Source: an uncultured archaeon
Lineage (GTDB): Archaea; Micrarchaeota; Micrarchaeia; Micrarchaeales; CABMGC01
Length of the DNA stretch: 64,000 nucleotides
Assembly: GCA_963787445.1 (NCBI GenBank)
Contig: CAWBCT010000005.1
Span: forward strand, 352,001-416,000
Reading direction: 5' to 3'
In this document: in pieces, positions 55,664 to 64,000 of the stretch
How positions within the stretch are numbered: the first letter of the stretch is position 1
Layout: every line of letters begins with the position of its first letter
Translations under genes and position numbers: made by a program
Notes under the pieces: generated by a model
Database searches by the model: none
Seen by the model: only the letters and a program-made list of their open reading frames with translations
What the model was told of the DNA's origin: nothing

Positions 55664-56319
55664 ACAGAGTTTGCCGCCGTTTCGATCTCGGAATTTAGTA
55701 GCTGGTATATCCTGGATGCCTTTTTCTTCCCGATCTTGTTAACCTCCATCAGCTCCTCTGTTGTTGCATTGGAGATGTTGCGCAGCGTCTTGAAATGTGA
55801 CAGGAGATTCTTTGCGAGTGAGTTTCCAACGCCGGGCAGCGTACTCAGGATGGCAAGTTGCCATTGGTACAGGGTGAACGCCCTCTTGTTTCCCGATATC
55901 CTTGGTTCTCTGTGTTCTGTGCTTTGCTCCCTTTCCGCGACCTTTGAGAGGACGTAGGAGGTTTCTGTCGCATCCTCGGTGAGTATTACCTGGATGTTGT
56001 GGTCCACGTAAAGCGCCATTATCGCCCCAAGGATAACATTTTTGGAGAGTGAGGAGTAGTCGAATCCTCCCTCGATTATTAGCATCGGCCTTGTGTAACC
56101 CTCCTGCAACCGCTTCGCTTGCTCGAAAAGCCGCGAGTCGATTATGGAGCGCTCGAAGTCCTGCGCCGTCTTTCTCTCTACCCCAATCCGGTCTGAGATA
56201 ATGTAGTCCCCGACGGGCAGGGTGGTGAAAGAGAGTTTCACGTTATTGTTTGCAAGCGAATCGATTATCTCGAGGTTACGTTCCCGATTATCAATAATCA
56301 TGTGAAGTTCTTGCGCCAA
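55660..56319 (-). CDS. ERCC4/XPF-family endonuclease (short form with HhH)
   Basis: IDNRE, VGDYII, VERKT..DF..SIID.RL..Q, LPGVG and IGKKKA. Confidence 0.92.
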   Translation of the reverse strand: MAQELHMIIDNRERNLEIIDSLANNNVKLSFTTLPVGDYIISDRIGVERKTAQDFERSIIDSRLFEQAKRLQEGYTRPMLIIEGGFDYSSLSKNVILGAIMALYVDHNIQVILTEDATETSYVLSKVAEREQSTEHREPRISGNKRAFTLYQWQLAILSTLPGVGNSLAKNLLSHFKTLRNISNATTEELMEVNKIGKKKASRIYQLLNSEIETAANSV

Positions 56320-56326
56320 GAGATCA

Positions 56327-58024
56327 TCAGTAGGATAATGTAAAGGACCTGGTTTCTATCTCTTCGTGAATTTTTGTGATGAACTCTTCGGTGGCAATGC
56401 CAAATGTCTGCTTTCCAGACCTGCTCCGAATGGTTATCTTGCCACTTTCTTCCTCTTTCTTCCCGACCACTACCATGTAAGGAATCTTCATCAGTATTGC
56501 TTCTCGTATCTTGTTCTCTAGGGTCTTATTCCCGATGTCTATCTCTGTCCTTATCTGGTTTTTCCTAAGCTCTGTGTAGATTTTTTCTGCATAGCCATTG
56601 TTCTGTTCGGAAATTGTTATGACGCGCGCTTGTACCGGTGCCATCCAGGTGGGAAACTTGCCTTGCACATGTTCCGTGAGAACGCCTATGAAACGTTCCA
56701 GGGAACCGTAGATGACGCGGTGTATCATTACAGGGGTGTGCTCCTTGCCGTCTTCGCCCGTATATTCCAGGCCGAACCGCTGTGGCTGCTGGTAATCGAG
56801 CTGCACGGTTGCACATTGCCACTCCCTACCCATCGAGTCTTTGATGTCGAAGTCTATCTTGGGCCCGTAGAAGGCCCCCTCCTTGGGCTTTATCTCGTAC
56901 TTTATGTTGTTGTGCTTGAGCGCGTGCTCCAGCGACTCTGTTGCTTTTGCCCATAGGGCCTCATCGCCAAGGTGCTTGTCCGGCATCGTGGAGAGCTTTG
57001 CCTTGTATTCAAGGTTGAACTTGGCGTACAGCTCTTTGATCATGGTCAGGAGCTTTGTTAGCTCATTTTCGACCTGCGAGTCCATAACGAAAATGTGGGC
57101 GTCGTCCTGCGTCATCTCGCGCACGCGGAAGAGGCCGGTCAGCGCGCCGCTGATCTCGTTTCGGTAAAGCTTGTCGAAATCCGCAAGCCTGAGTGGAAGG
57201 TCCCTGTAGCTCCATTTTCTTGATTTGTATATTAGGATTGTTGAAGGGCAGTTCATGGGCTTTAGCCCCATCTCCTGCCCCTCGGAGCTCAACATGAACA
57301 TGTCGTCCTTGTACTTCTCTATGTGGCCGCTCACGTGCCAGAGGGCAATGTTCGCAAAGGCCGGCGTTGCTATCTCCTTGTAATCATACTCGGTAAGCTT
57401 TTCCCGGATGTATTTTATGAGCTCCTTGAATATTATCAGCCCGTTGTTGTGCCAGTAAACCATCCCGGGCGAAACTTCCTGGAAGCTGTAGAGGTCGAGG
57501 CGCTCTCCGATGGTGCGGTGGTCCGTGTCGGGCAGGCCAGCCCAGCTGCTTTTCCTGACCAGAGAGGTGTTCACGCTCATGGGTCGGACCTTCTTGTAGG
57601 TCTTCTCCTCTGCTCCTTCAGGGTAGTAGGAGCGGGATTGTTCTGCGAGCGGATGCCCTTTTATGTCAAGGCTGAGTTTTTTGTTCCAGCCAAATGGGCC
57701 CCTGAGAACCTCCACGCCTTCCGGGGCGTTTTTGCATAGATAGTTTATTATTGTGAGGGCGTCTTCGGGGGAAGCGAGGTTGTTGCTAAGGTGTGCGTAG
57801 GGATATATCACAAGACGCTTGCGCTGCAATTTCTCTAGATAGCTTGCTGTGTCCTTTGCTGCTTTCTCAGCCATCTCGAGCGTGTCCCCCTTTTCTACAG
57901 AAACCAACAGCACCAATGCCAGGTCTATGGAAACCTTCTCCTTCTTCACGTCGTCGTAGATCTTTGCCTCTGGCTTTACCGGAAGGTAGGTGATGTTGTC
58001 TACGTCTAGCTGAAGAATCTTCAT
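56327..58024 (-). CDS. thrS: Threonine--tRNA ligase with archaeal-type N-terminal editing domain
   Basis: YPYAHLS, PFGWNK...GHPLAE, KPMNCP, RVREMTQDDAH, GAFYGPKID and HRVIYGSLERF. Confidence 0.97.
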   Translation of the reverse strand: MKILQLDVDNITYLPVKPEAKIYDDVKKEKVSIDLALVLLVSVEKGDTLEMAEKAAKDTASYLEKLQRKRLVIYPYAHLSNNLASPEDALTIINYLCKNAPEGVEVLRGPFGWNKKLSLDIKGHPLAEQSRSYYPEGAEEKTYKKVRPMSVNTSLVRKSSWAGLPDTDHRTIGERLDLYSFQEVSPGMVYWHNNGLIIFKELIKYIREKLTEYDYKEIATPAFANIALWHVSGHIEKYKDDMFMLSSEGQEMGLKPMNCPSTILIYKSRKWSYRDLPLRLADFDKLYRNEISGALTGLFRVREMTQDDAHIFVMDSQVENELTKLLTMIKELYAKFNLEYKAKLSTMPDKHLGDEALWAKATESLEHALKHNNIKYEIKPKEGAFYGPKIDFDIKDSMGREWQCATVQLDYQQPQRFGLEYTGEDGKEHTPVMIHRVIYGSLERFIGVLTEHVQGKFPTWMAPVQARVITISEQNNGYAEKIYTELRKNQIRTEIDIGNKTLENKIREAILMKIPYMVVVGKKEEESGKITIRSRSGKQTFGIATEEFITKIHEEIETRSFTLSY

Positions 58025-58101
58025 TTCATTACCGCTGCGATTGAGAGTATTTTAGATTATGTTAATATATGGTTTTTGCATTTGGCACACGGCCATGGCT
58101 C

Positions 58102-58144
58102 CGAAACCTATAAATAGCATAATGTTATAACATTATCTAACATT
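58102..58144 (+). promoter_or_regulatory. BRE/TATA plus an 18-bp palindromic operator candidate
   Basis: cgaaa..TATAAATA (58109-58116), perfect palindrome ATAATGTTATAACATTAT (58119-58136), extra TAACATT at 58138-58144. Confidence 0.7.
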
Positions 58145-58152
58145 GTGATGCT

Positions 58153-58371
58153 ATGGATTCAAAGAAAATAGAGGGCAGAAGATACACCTCAATAACGATA
58201 CCTGCACCGCTCTTTGTGAAGATCAAGAAGAGCATAGAGAACACGGGTTTCTCTTCCGTTTCCGACTACTGCACCTTCGTCCTGCGGGAGACGCTGGTCG
58301 AGATGAACAAGAAGAGCAAGACCAAGGGTGCGGTGATAAGGAAGCTTGAGGCGCTGGGGTATTTTGGGTGA
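58153..58371 (+). CDS. Ribbon-helix-helix (CopG-like) regulator with C-terminal LxxLGY
   Basis: YTSITIPAPL...I...GFSSVSDY..FVLRE. Confidence 0.88.
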   Translation: MDSKKIEGRRYTSITIPAPLFVKIKKSIENTGFSSVSDYCTFVLRETLVEMNKKSKTKGAVIRKLEALGYFG

Positions 58372-58376
58372 TTCCT

Positions 58377-58670
58377 ATGAAAAACGCTTTTGATGATACT
58401 GTGAAGGCCCTCTGGAAGAACCAGAGCAAGGCCAATTGGGAGAAGCTCCGCAGGGCTCTCAAGACGGGCGGTGTGAAGTACTATGCGGTCGCGTTTGAGA
58501 AGGGGAAGCTGAACAAGACCCAGGACCTCACCAAGTCCTACGCCGAGCTTTACGATGCAAAGGAGAGGCCTGTTGGGCGCGTGCCAATCTTCATTAAGGA
58601 GGGCAAGGGGGTCCGCGGTGCAACGATCTACCTGACAGGGCTTCTGAACACAAGAAGGGCGATAGAATGA
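58377..58670 (+). CDS. Hypothetical protein
   Basis: Operonic ORF; ATGA overlap with cysD. Confidence 0.75.
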   Translation: MKNAFDDTVKALWKNQSKANWEKLRRALKTGGVKYYAVAFEKGKLNKTQDLTKSYAELYDAKERPVGRVPIFIKEGKGVRGATIYLTGLLNTRRAIE

Positions 58671-59455
58671 TAAAACAAGAGTTAAACGGATTGGAGGAGA
58701 AGAGCATTTACATCATTAGAGAGTCCATGAACAACTTCAAGAACGTCGCGGCGCTCTGGAGCATGGGCAAGGACAGCACAACGATGCTTGCGCTTGCGAG
58801 GAAGGCATTCCTGGGCAAGGTCCCGTTCCCGGTGATACACATAGACAATGGGATCGACTTTCCCGAGACGTACGCGTTCAGGGAGGAGCTGGCGAAGAAG
58901 TGGAAGCTTGACCTGATAGTAGAGAAGAGCCACATAAAGAAGGAGATGTCCGGATTCGCATGCTGCGGGGCAAACAAGACGGTTGCACTGAAGAAGGTCA
59001 TGAAGGAGCACGGCTTTGATGCGCTTATCGTCTCCATAAGGAGGGATGAGCACGGGATAAGAGCAAAGGAGAGGTATGTAAGCCCGCGCGACGCTGCATT
59101 CAAGTGGAACTACAAGAACCAGCCTGCAGAGGTTTGGGGCAACTATCTCTCCAAGCTTGACAGCGGCGAGCACTTCAGGGTGCACCCGCTTCTGGACTGG
59201 AACGAGATTGACGTATGGAACTACACCAGGAGAGAAAAGGTTCCCATGAATCCACTTTACATCTCAAGGAATGGCTATAGGTATAGGAGCCTTGGATGCA
59301 CGCACTGCACGGTTGCACTAAAGTCAAATGCGGGTACTATACCAGAAATAATTGATGAACTTGAGAGTACGGGTGTTGAAGAACGTTCAGGTAGGTCTCA
59401 GGATAAAGAAAAGGCCTATGTGATGTCGAAGCTCAGATCATTGGGCTATATGTAG
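58667..59455 (+). CDS. cysD: Sulfate adenylyltransferase subunit 2
   Basis: LEEKSIYIIRE, WSMGKDS, RRDE...RAKER, RVHPLLDW and YRSLGC. Confidence 0.94.
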   Translation: MIKQELNGLEEKSIYIIRESMNNFKNVAALWSMGKDSTTMLALARKAFLGKVPFPVIHIDNGIDFPETYAFREELAKKWKLDLIVEKSHIKKEMSGFACCGANKTVALKKVMKEHGFDALIVSIRRDEHGIRAKERYVSPRDAAFKWNYKNQPAEVWGNYLSKLDSGEHFRVHPLLDWNEIDVWNYTRREKVPMNPLYISRNGYRYRSLGCTHCTVALKSNAGTIPEIIDELESTGVEERSGRSQDKEKAYVMSKLRSLGYM

Positions 59456-59464
59456 GTGTATTCG

Positions 59465-60304
59465 ATGGCAAAGAAAGGTATCAAGCAATCTGTTGGATGG
59501 GTTCAAAAACGTGTTGAATCAAGGAGGGGTTATACGCCTTCTATTGAAACTTTGAAAAAGATGAGTGAGGCAAAATCCGACAAAAAAAACCCGTTTTTGG
59601 GTAAACACCATTCTGAATATTCAAAAGAAAAGTTCCGGAAATCTAGAGCGGGATACAGACACTCTTTAGAAACCATTGAGAAACAACGGGTTGCTAGACT
59701 AAAATATTATAAGGAGCACCCAGAGGAAATTGGTAGAATGCGTGGTGAAAGAAATCCGATGTTTGGTAGGACGGGTGAAGCAAATCCAATGTTTGGTAAA
59801 CATTTGGATCCTAATACTAGAGAGATGTTAAGCAGGATTAGGAAGAATAAATACAAGGGCGATTCTAATCCGTTCTTTGGTAAACATCACTCCGATTTAA
59901 CAAGAGAGAAAATGAGGGCAAAATGGCATACTAGGTCTTTTGCACAAAAAAATAACAAATTAGAATTAAAATTACAGATCGCGCTTATGGCGAGAGGCAT
60001 GGCTTTTAGTACTCACGAGAAAATTGTTGGGAGACCTGATATTTTCATCAAACCAAACATTTGCGTTTTTGTTGACGGATGTTATTGGCATGGTTGTGGA
60101 TGTAAGTTTGATGAGAGGAGGGGTGGGGCGCATGTTTCATATATTAAAACTAGGATTAAACACGATGCCGAGATAAATAATAGTCTTGTGACTTTGGGCT
60201 TTGTGGTGCTTAGATTTTGGGAGCACCAAATTACAGAAAATGTTGAAAAGTGTGTGAATCAAGTGATTGAAGAATCAAATAGAATAGTCATGGTGAATAA
60301 ATGA
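59465..60304 (+). mobile_element. Free-standing homing-endonuclease-like gene: NUMOD3 repeats plus Vsr/EDxHD nuclease domain
   Basis: Repeated NPF/MFGKHHS..T/S.EK motifs; ELKL, GRPD, FVDGCYWHG, HD and LRFWE; AT-rich relative to its neighbours. Confidence 0.85.
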
Positions 60305-61515
60305 AAGTAATCAAAGTTACAATGCTTGGACATAAAGATCATGGGAAATCGACGTTGATTGGAAACCTTGCTATACTTACCGGTTCTGCTACTGAGTATA
60401 GAATAAATGAGGCAAAAAAGACGAGCGAGGAACTGGGATTGCAGTTTGAACCTGGTTTTATATTAGATAGTTTTGAGGAAGAGCGCAGGGGTGGCCTTAC
60501 TATAGACACCACGCGGGCTCAGGTGAAGCACGGAAACTCGGCGTTTGAGTTCATAGACGTCCCAGGACATGAGGAGCTTACAAAAAACATGATCAGTGGG
60601 GCATCCTATGCGGACGTAGCGCTTCTGGTCGTTTCCGCGAAGCGAGACGAGGGAATAAAACCGCAAACAAAGAGGCACATCTTCATCGCGAAGATGCTGG
60701 GCATACGGAATTTCGTTGTCGCGGTGAACAAGATGGATCTTTGCGATTATGATGAAAAAGAGTTCAAGGATGTAGAGCATTCGCTTTCATCCTATCTGAA
60801 GAAGCTTGGTTTTGAAAAGAAGAATATGGCATTTATCCCGGTTTCGGCCTATACTGGAGAAAATCTGGTCAAGAAATCCGGCAAAATGGTGTGGTACACT
60901 GGACCGTGCCTCATAGACGTGCTTTCGGCGCTTTCCAAACCGGCAAAGAACACATTGAAAGGCGTTGTTGTTTCACTTCAGGGATTTGTAGGAGGCCAGC
61001 ATGATCTGGTCTCTGGTGCTGTCCTTCTAGGAACGGTCAGGAAGGGTTCGACGCTTAGGTTCCTGCCTTCTGAAAGCAGCGTGAAGGTTAGCGAGATGTT
61101 CGTACGCGGGAAAAAGGTGTCAACTGGAAAGGTGGGTGAGAGCATCGCGATAAAGATGGGCAAGCCGTTGAAGGGAGAGGTTCGCGGCGGGGCACTTTTT
61201 GATGATGGAATAAAGGTAGAACCCAGAAGCAAGCTTGATGTCATCATCTTTTCCACGAGAACCCTCTCGAAGACGCCGGACCTGTTGATTAATGGCATTG
61301 GCGTGGGCTGCAAGAGCTTCGAGATAACTGCTGGCTTTGACATAACAACCGGTGAGAGATCCAAGGTTACAAAGCTTGGCCCGCTTTCGGCGGCTTACGC
61401 AACAGCGCATTTGAAAAAGGAGGTTGTTGTATTACCATTTGAGCAGGTACCTACCATGGGGCGTTTTGTCGTTTATGACAAGAATAAGTTTGCCGGGATA
61501 GGAATGGTGTTGTGA
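60301..61515 (+). CDS. cysN: Sulfate adenylyltransferase subunit 1 (GTPase)
   Basis: GHKDHGKSTL, EER.GLTIDT, DVPGH, QTKRH, NKMD and GRFV; follows cysD. Confidence 0.88.
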   Translation: MKVIKVTMLGHKDHGKSTLIGNLAILTGSATEYRINEAKKTSEELGLQFEPGFILDSFEEERRGGLTIDTTRAQVKHGNSAFEFIDVPGHEELTKNMISGASYADVALLVVSAKRDEGIKPQTKRHIFIAKMLGIRNFVVAVNKMDLCDYDEKEFKDVEHSLSSYLKKLGFEKKNMAFIPVSAYTGENLVKKSGKMVWYTGPCLIDVLSALSKPAKNTLKGVVVSLQGFVGGQHDLVSGAVLLGTVRKGSTLRFLPSESSVKVSEMFVRGKKVSTGKVGESIAIKMGKPLKGEVRGGALFDDGIKVEPRSKLDVIIFSTRTLSKTPDLLINGIGVGCKSFEITAGFDITTGERSKVTKLGPLSAAYATAHLKKEVVVLPFEQVPTMGRFVVYDKNKFAGIGMVL

Positions 61516-61519
61516 ATCT

Positions 61520-62641
61520 ATGAAAAATGTTCTTATAATGGAGTCGGGCTCGTTTAAGACATTTGGAGGGGCAGCCTATGAGGCCTATGACATCTACAAG
61601 TATCTCAAAAAAACGAGCGGCTTCCGTGTTTGGCTTTATGGCGATTTCTCCAAGATCGATCGCAACGCGGTAACCATAAGCGATGAACAGATGCTGTCGG
61701 GCGTTTACGATGTGGTGATGCTGAACTCCATAAGGGATGTTCCCATCATAGAAAACTATATTCTGAAGGACGTTGTGGGAAGGCCGCGGTTCTTCTATGT
61801 TGATCGTGGCAATGTCCTGCTTAATTTCAACAAGGCGGGGCCGAAGAGGCTTCTGCCAAAGATGATTGCAAGGCGGTACCTTATGGACCGCATGAAGAAG
61901 TGGCTTGACTGCTATGTTGCGCTGTCGGCAGAGCAGTATGAATTTGCAAAGGGTTTCTTTGGCAGCAGGACAAAGATAGTCTACCTCCCGATAGCCCCTA
62001 AGCAGGTGTTCCGCAAAACCAGCAAGAAGACGCCCAGCGGCGCCGCAATCTATGTGGGGAGACTGGATGAGAGACAGAAAAAGGTTGGAAAACTCATAAA
62101 AGGAATCAGCAGAGTAGTTGCCCAGAACCCAAAACTAAGAAGAAACCATCTACTGACACTAGTTGGAGCCGGCCCACTGGAGATGAGGTATAAGGCCTGG
62201 GTCGAGACTGCAGGGCTTAGGAAGAATATTACCTTTGGCGGGCGTGTCGGCGAGAATGAGCTGTTGAAATTGTACAACAGGGCGTCCTTCTTTGTCTCTT
62301 ACTCAGAGTGGGAGGGGATGAGTGCGACATTTCTGGAGGCGATGGCCTGCGGTTTGCCGATGCTGATAAATGACAGGAACAACACCATGATCAAGAAGCG
62401 CCCAGAGAGATGGCTTGTTCAGGATAACTATAACGGCCTGGTCTTTGATTACGCCGACATGGATAGCTTTGCCGGGTGTTTTTACTCACTCTATACGAAG
62501 AGTCGGCTTCGTGGGCGTCTTTCACGAAACGCCTACAGGTTTTCCAAGAAATTCAGCAAGCGGGAGAATCTGGAGTCCTACGGAAAGATTGTCGACCACC
62601 TTGTAAGAAACGTCGCAGTACCGAACCTGGTCTTCATGTAG
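61520..62641 (+). CDS. GT4 (group 1) glycosyltransferase
   Basis: YVGRL...K, S.WEG....LEAMACGLP and NGL. Confidence 0.92.
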   Translation: MKNVLIMESGSFKTFGGAAYEAYDIYKYLKKTSGFRVWLYGDFSKIDRNAVTISDEQMLSGVYDVVMLNSIRDVPIIENYILKDVVGRPRFFYVDRGNVLLNFNKAGPKRLLPKMIARRYLMDRMKKWLDCYVALSAEQYEFAKGFFGSRTKIVYLPIAPKQVFRKTSKKTPSGAAIYVGRLDERQKKVGKLIKGISRVVAQNPKLRRNHLLTLVGAGPLEMRYKAWVETAGLRKNITFGGRVGENELLKLYNRASFFVSYSEWEGMSATFLEAMACGLPMLINDRNNTMIKKRPERWLVQDNYNGLVFDYADMDSFAGCFYSLYTKSRLRGRLSRNAYRFSKKFSKRENLESYGKIVDHLVRNVAVPNLVFM

Positions 62642-62643
62642 GG

Positions 62644-64000
62644 TTATCCCACTCCAAAATACTTCCTTATCAGGGGGGCAACATCCAAAACACTCATTTT
62701 CTTGCTGTTTTTTGTGCTTGGGTATTCTCCGAATATCCCCTGCCGCGTATGGTCGCCGTGTTTCGGCCCTTCTGGTTTCATGAACAGATATTTTGGCGAA
62801 AAGTTGAATATGTCAAGCATGTAACCAGATTTCGCCTCTACAAAAAGATCTGGCGCCAGGAAGGGAGGGTTTGCGCCGTAGTACTCGCTTGCATCGTAAA
62901 CACCTTCTATTACGGATTTGCCGTTTGCGTTCTTCATTTTTGCTATCTTGTTAATCAGTTCCTTCTTGACCCTACCCTTTTCTCCCGCCTTTACAATGCC
63001 TTTGGAGAATCGGTGGTCATTTATCCAGATGGTTGCAACGTTAAGGTTTGAGATCGCCGCAAAGGCTGTTGTTTTGTCCATGTCGAAATCAAAAAGATGG
63101 ACCCGGGTGTACTCTTCTGAGCTCGCGGACGAGAGAACCTTGCTGAGCGATGCCCGCACCACCTTCTTCGCGCCCTGCGGAAGCAGATCGTAGGCTTTCC
63201 TGAGCCCGCTTTTCATCGCCTTCTCTCTTAGGGTGTAGGCGAGTGGGTTGCTCTTGCTGCTTGTGCCTTCCGGCTTGCTCTTGAGGGTCTCATTCAATAC
63301 CACATAGCCGTTGCTTACCATCCAGCCGTTGAGCAAAATTTTCTCCTTTATCGGCTGTGAGCCGTGGTCGGAAACAACGATCACCTTGCCGCTCTCCTTT
63401 TCCGCGCGCGAGACACAATAGCGCAGGAGGTCGTCCATGGCCTTGTATATTGGCAGCAGGTAGCTGTCGGCTTTGGGATGCCCCATGACGAAATGCTGTA
63501 TCCTGTCGGTTTCGGTGAAACAGACGTAAACAAAATCGTACTGTTTGTTCTCCATGGCCTTCTTTGCGATCGTGATGCGGGACTCTACGCTCTTCAGGAA
63601 GTGCTTTGCGCCCTCGTCTATCGACATCTTGCCGGCCTTCATGTCCTTCTCCACGTCCGGTTCCCCGTCAAAGTCGTGCTCTTTCATCAACTTTTTCAGG
63701 TATGGGTTGTTTGTCCTTGCCTTTAGGGGAAAGCCGGTGATCATGTCTGTGTTTGGAAATGTGGGCAGGGTGATGTTGGTCGCGGGAGTTATGAGGAGGC
63801 TCTTGTATCCTGCTTTCGAGAGGTCTTTCCAGAACGGCGGTGCCTTGTCAGGATCGTAGAATACCAGGTCTGGGGCGTAGTCTTTGGTCATTACAAAAAA
63901 GTCGGGAACGCCGTGCACTCCGGGGCCGTTCCCGGTGTACATCGCCGGCCAGGCTCCACCAGTCATGGGTGGCATGGTCGATTCCATCTCCTTTAGTGTT
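62644..64000 (-). CDS. Alkaline-phosphatase-superfamily (nucleotide pyrophosphatase/phosphodiesterase-like) protein; 5' end outside the window
   Basis: STMPPMT..AW..MYTG..PG.HG, DRIQH, VVSDHG and GDH...GIF. Confidence 0.88.
   Translation of the reverse strand, partial: TLKEMESTMPPMTGGAWPAMYTGNGPGVHGVPDFFVMTKDYAPDLVFYDPDKAPPFWKDLSKAGYKSLLITPATNITLPTFPNTDMITGFPLKARTNNPYLKKLMKEHDFDGEPDVEKDMKAGKMSIDEGAKHFLKSVESRITIAKKAMENKQYDFVYVCFTETDRIQHFVMGHPKADSYLLPIYKAMDDLLRYCVSRAEKESGKVIVVSDHGSQPIKEKILLNGWMVSNGYVVLNETLKSKPEGTSSKSNPLAYTLREKAMKSGLRKAYDLLPQGAKKVVRASLSKVLSSASSEEYTRVHLFDFDMDKTTAFAAISNLNVATIWINDHRFSKGIVKAGEKGRVKKELINKIAKMKNANGKSVIEGVYDASEYYGANPPFLAPDLFVEAKSGYMLDIFNFSPKYLFMKPEGPKHGDHTRQGIFGEYPSTKNSKKMSVLDVAPLIRKYFGVG

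Noticed and set aside
59453..59467. cysD TAG is in frame with the endonuclease ORF (possible readthrough fusion or intein/intron)
   Set aside because: CysD ends at a natural-looking LGYM terminus, the endonuclease has its own GGTG and ATG, and no intein or group I features are visible
60301..61515. Possible second EF-1alpha, SelB or HBS1 paralog
   Set aside because: Operonic with cysD, has the QTKRH motif and degenerate domains II/III, so CysN is the better call; the true tuf is at 11847-13115

Overview
Core chromosomal segment of an archaeon, most consistent with a DPANN/Micrarchaeota-type genome. The evidence is archaeal information-processing genes, a stand-alone and strongly divergent 23S rRNA, a tRNA with a T-loop intron and class III signal-peptide proteins. 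Housekeeping genes include fen, top6B, tuf-rps10, cysS/trpS/metG/thrS, KEOPS (kae1, bud32, cgi121), rpoH-B''-B'-A'-A'', mcm, glyA/folA/thyA, grpE-dnaK-dnaJ, the rpoD-tRNA(Leu)-rpl18e-rpl13-rps9-rpoN-rps2 cluster, dcd/tmk and three tRNAs, followed by a terminal cysD/cysN-glycosyltransferase cluster. The most notable observations are: (1) a 23S rRNA with many substitutions at near-universal peptidyl-transferase-centre positions, a P-loop one G short and an A at the bulged-G position of the sarcin-ricin loop; (2) a free-standing NUMOD3/Vsr-like homing endonuclease between cysD and cysN with AT-rich, apparently co-converted flanks; (3) three genes that appear to start at CTG/ATT behind the genome's usual GGTG-N5 ribosome-binding motif; (4) a 1299-aa pilin-signal adhesin with a gradient of 84-aa Ig-like repeats; (5) candidate operator palindromes for an uncharacterised dnaK-operon regulator and for the RHH regulator of the sulfate-activation cluster; (6) a thermopsin-like gene broken by one in-frame TAG; (7) several small proteins missed by the ORF track. 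All calls were made by eye, with no database searches.
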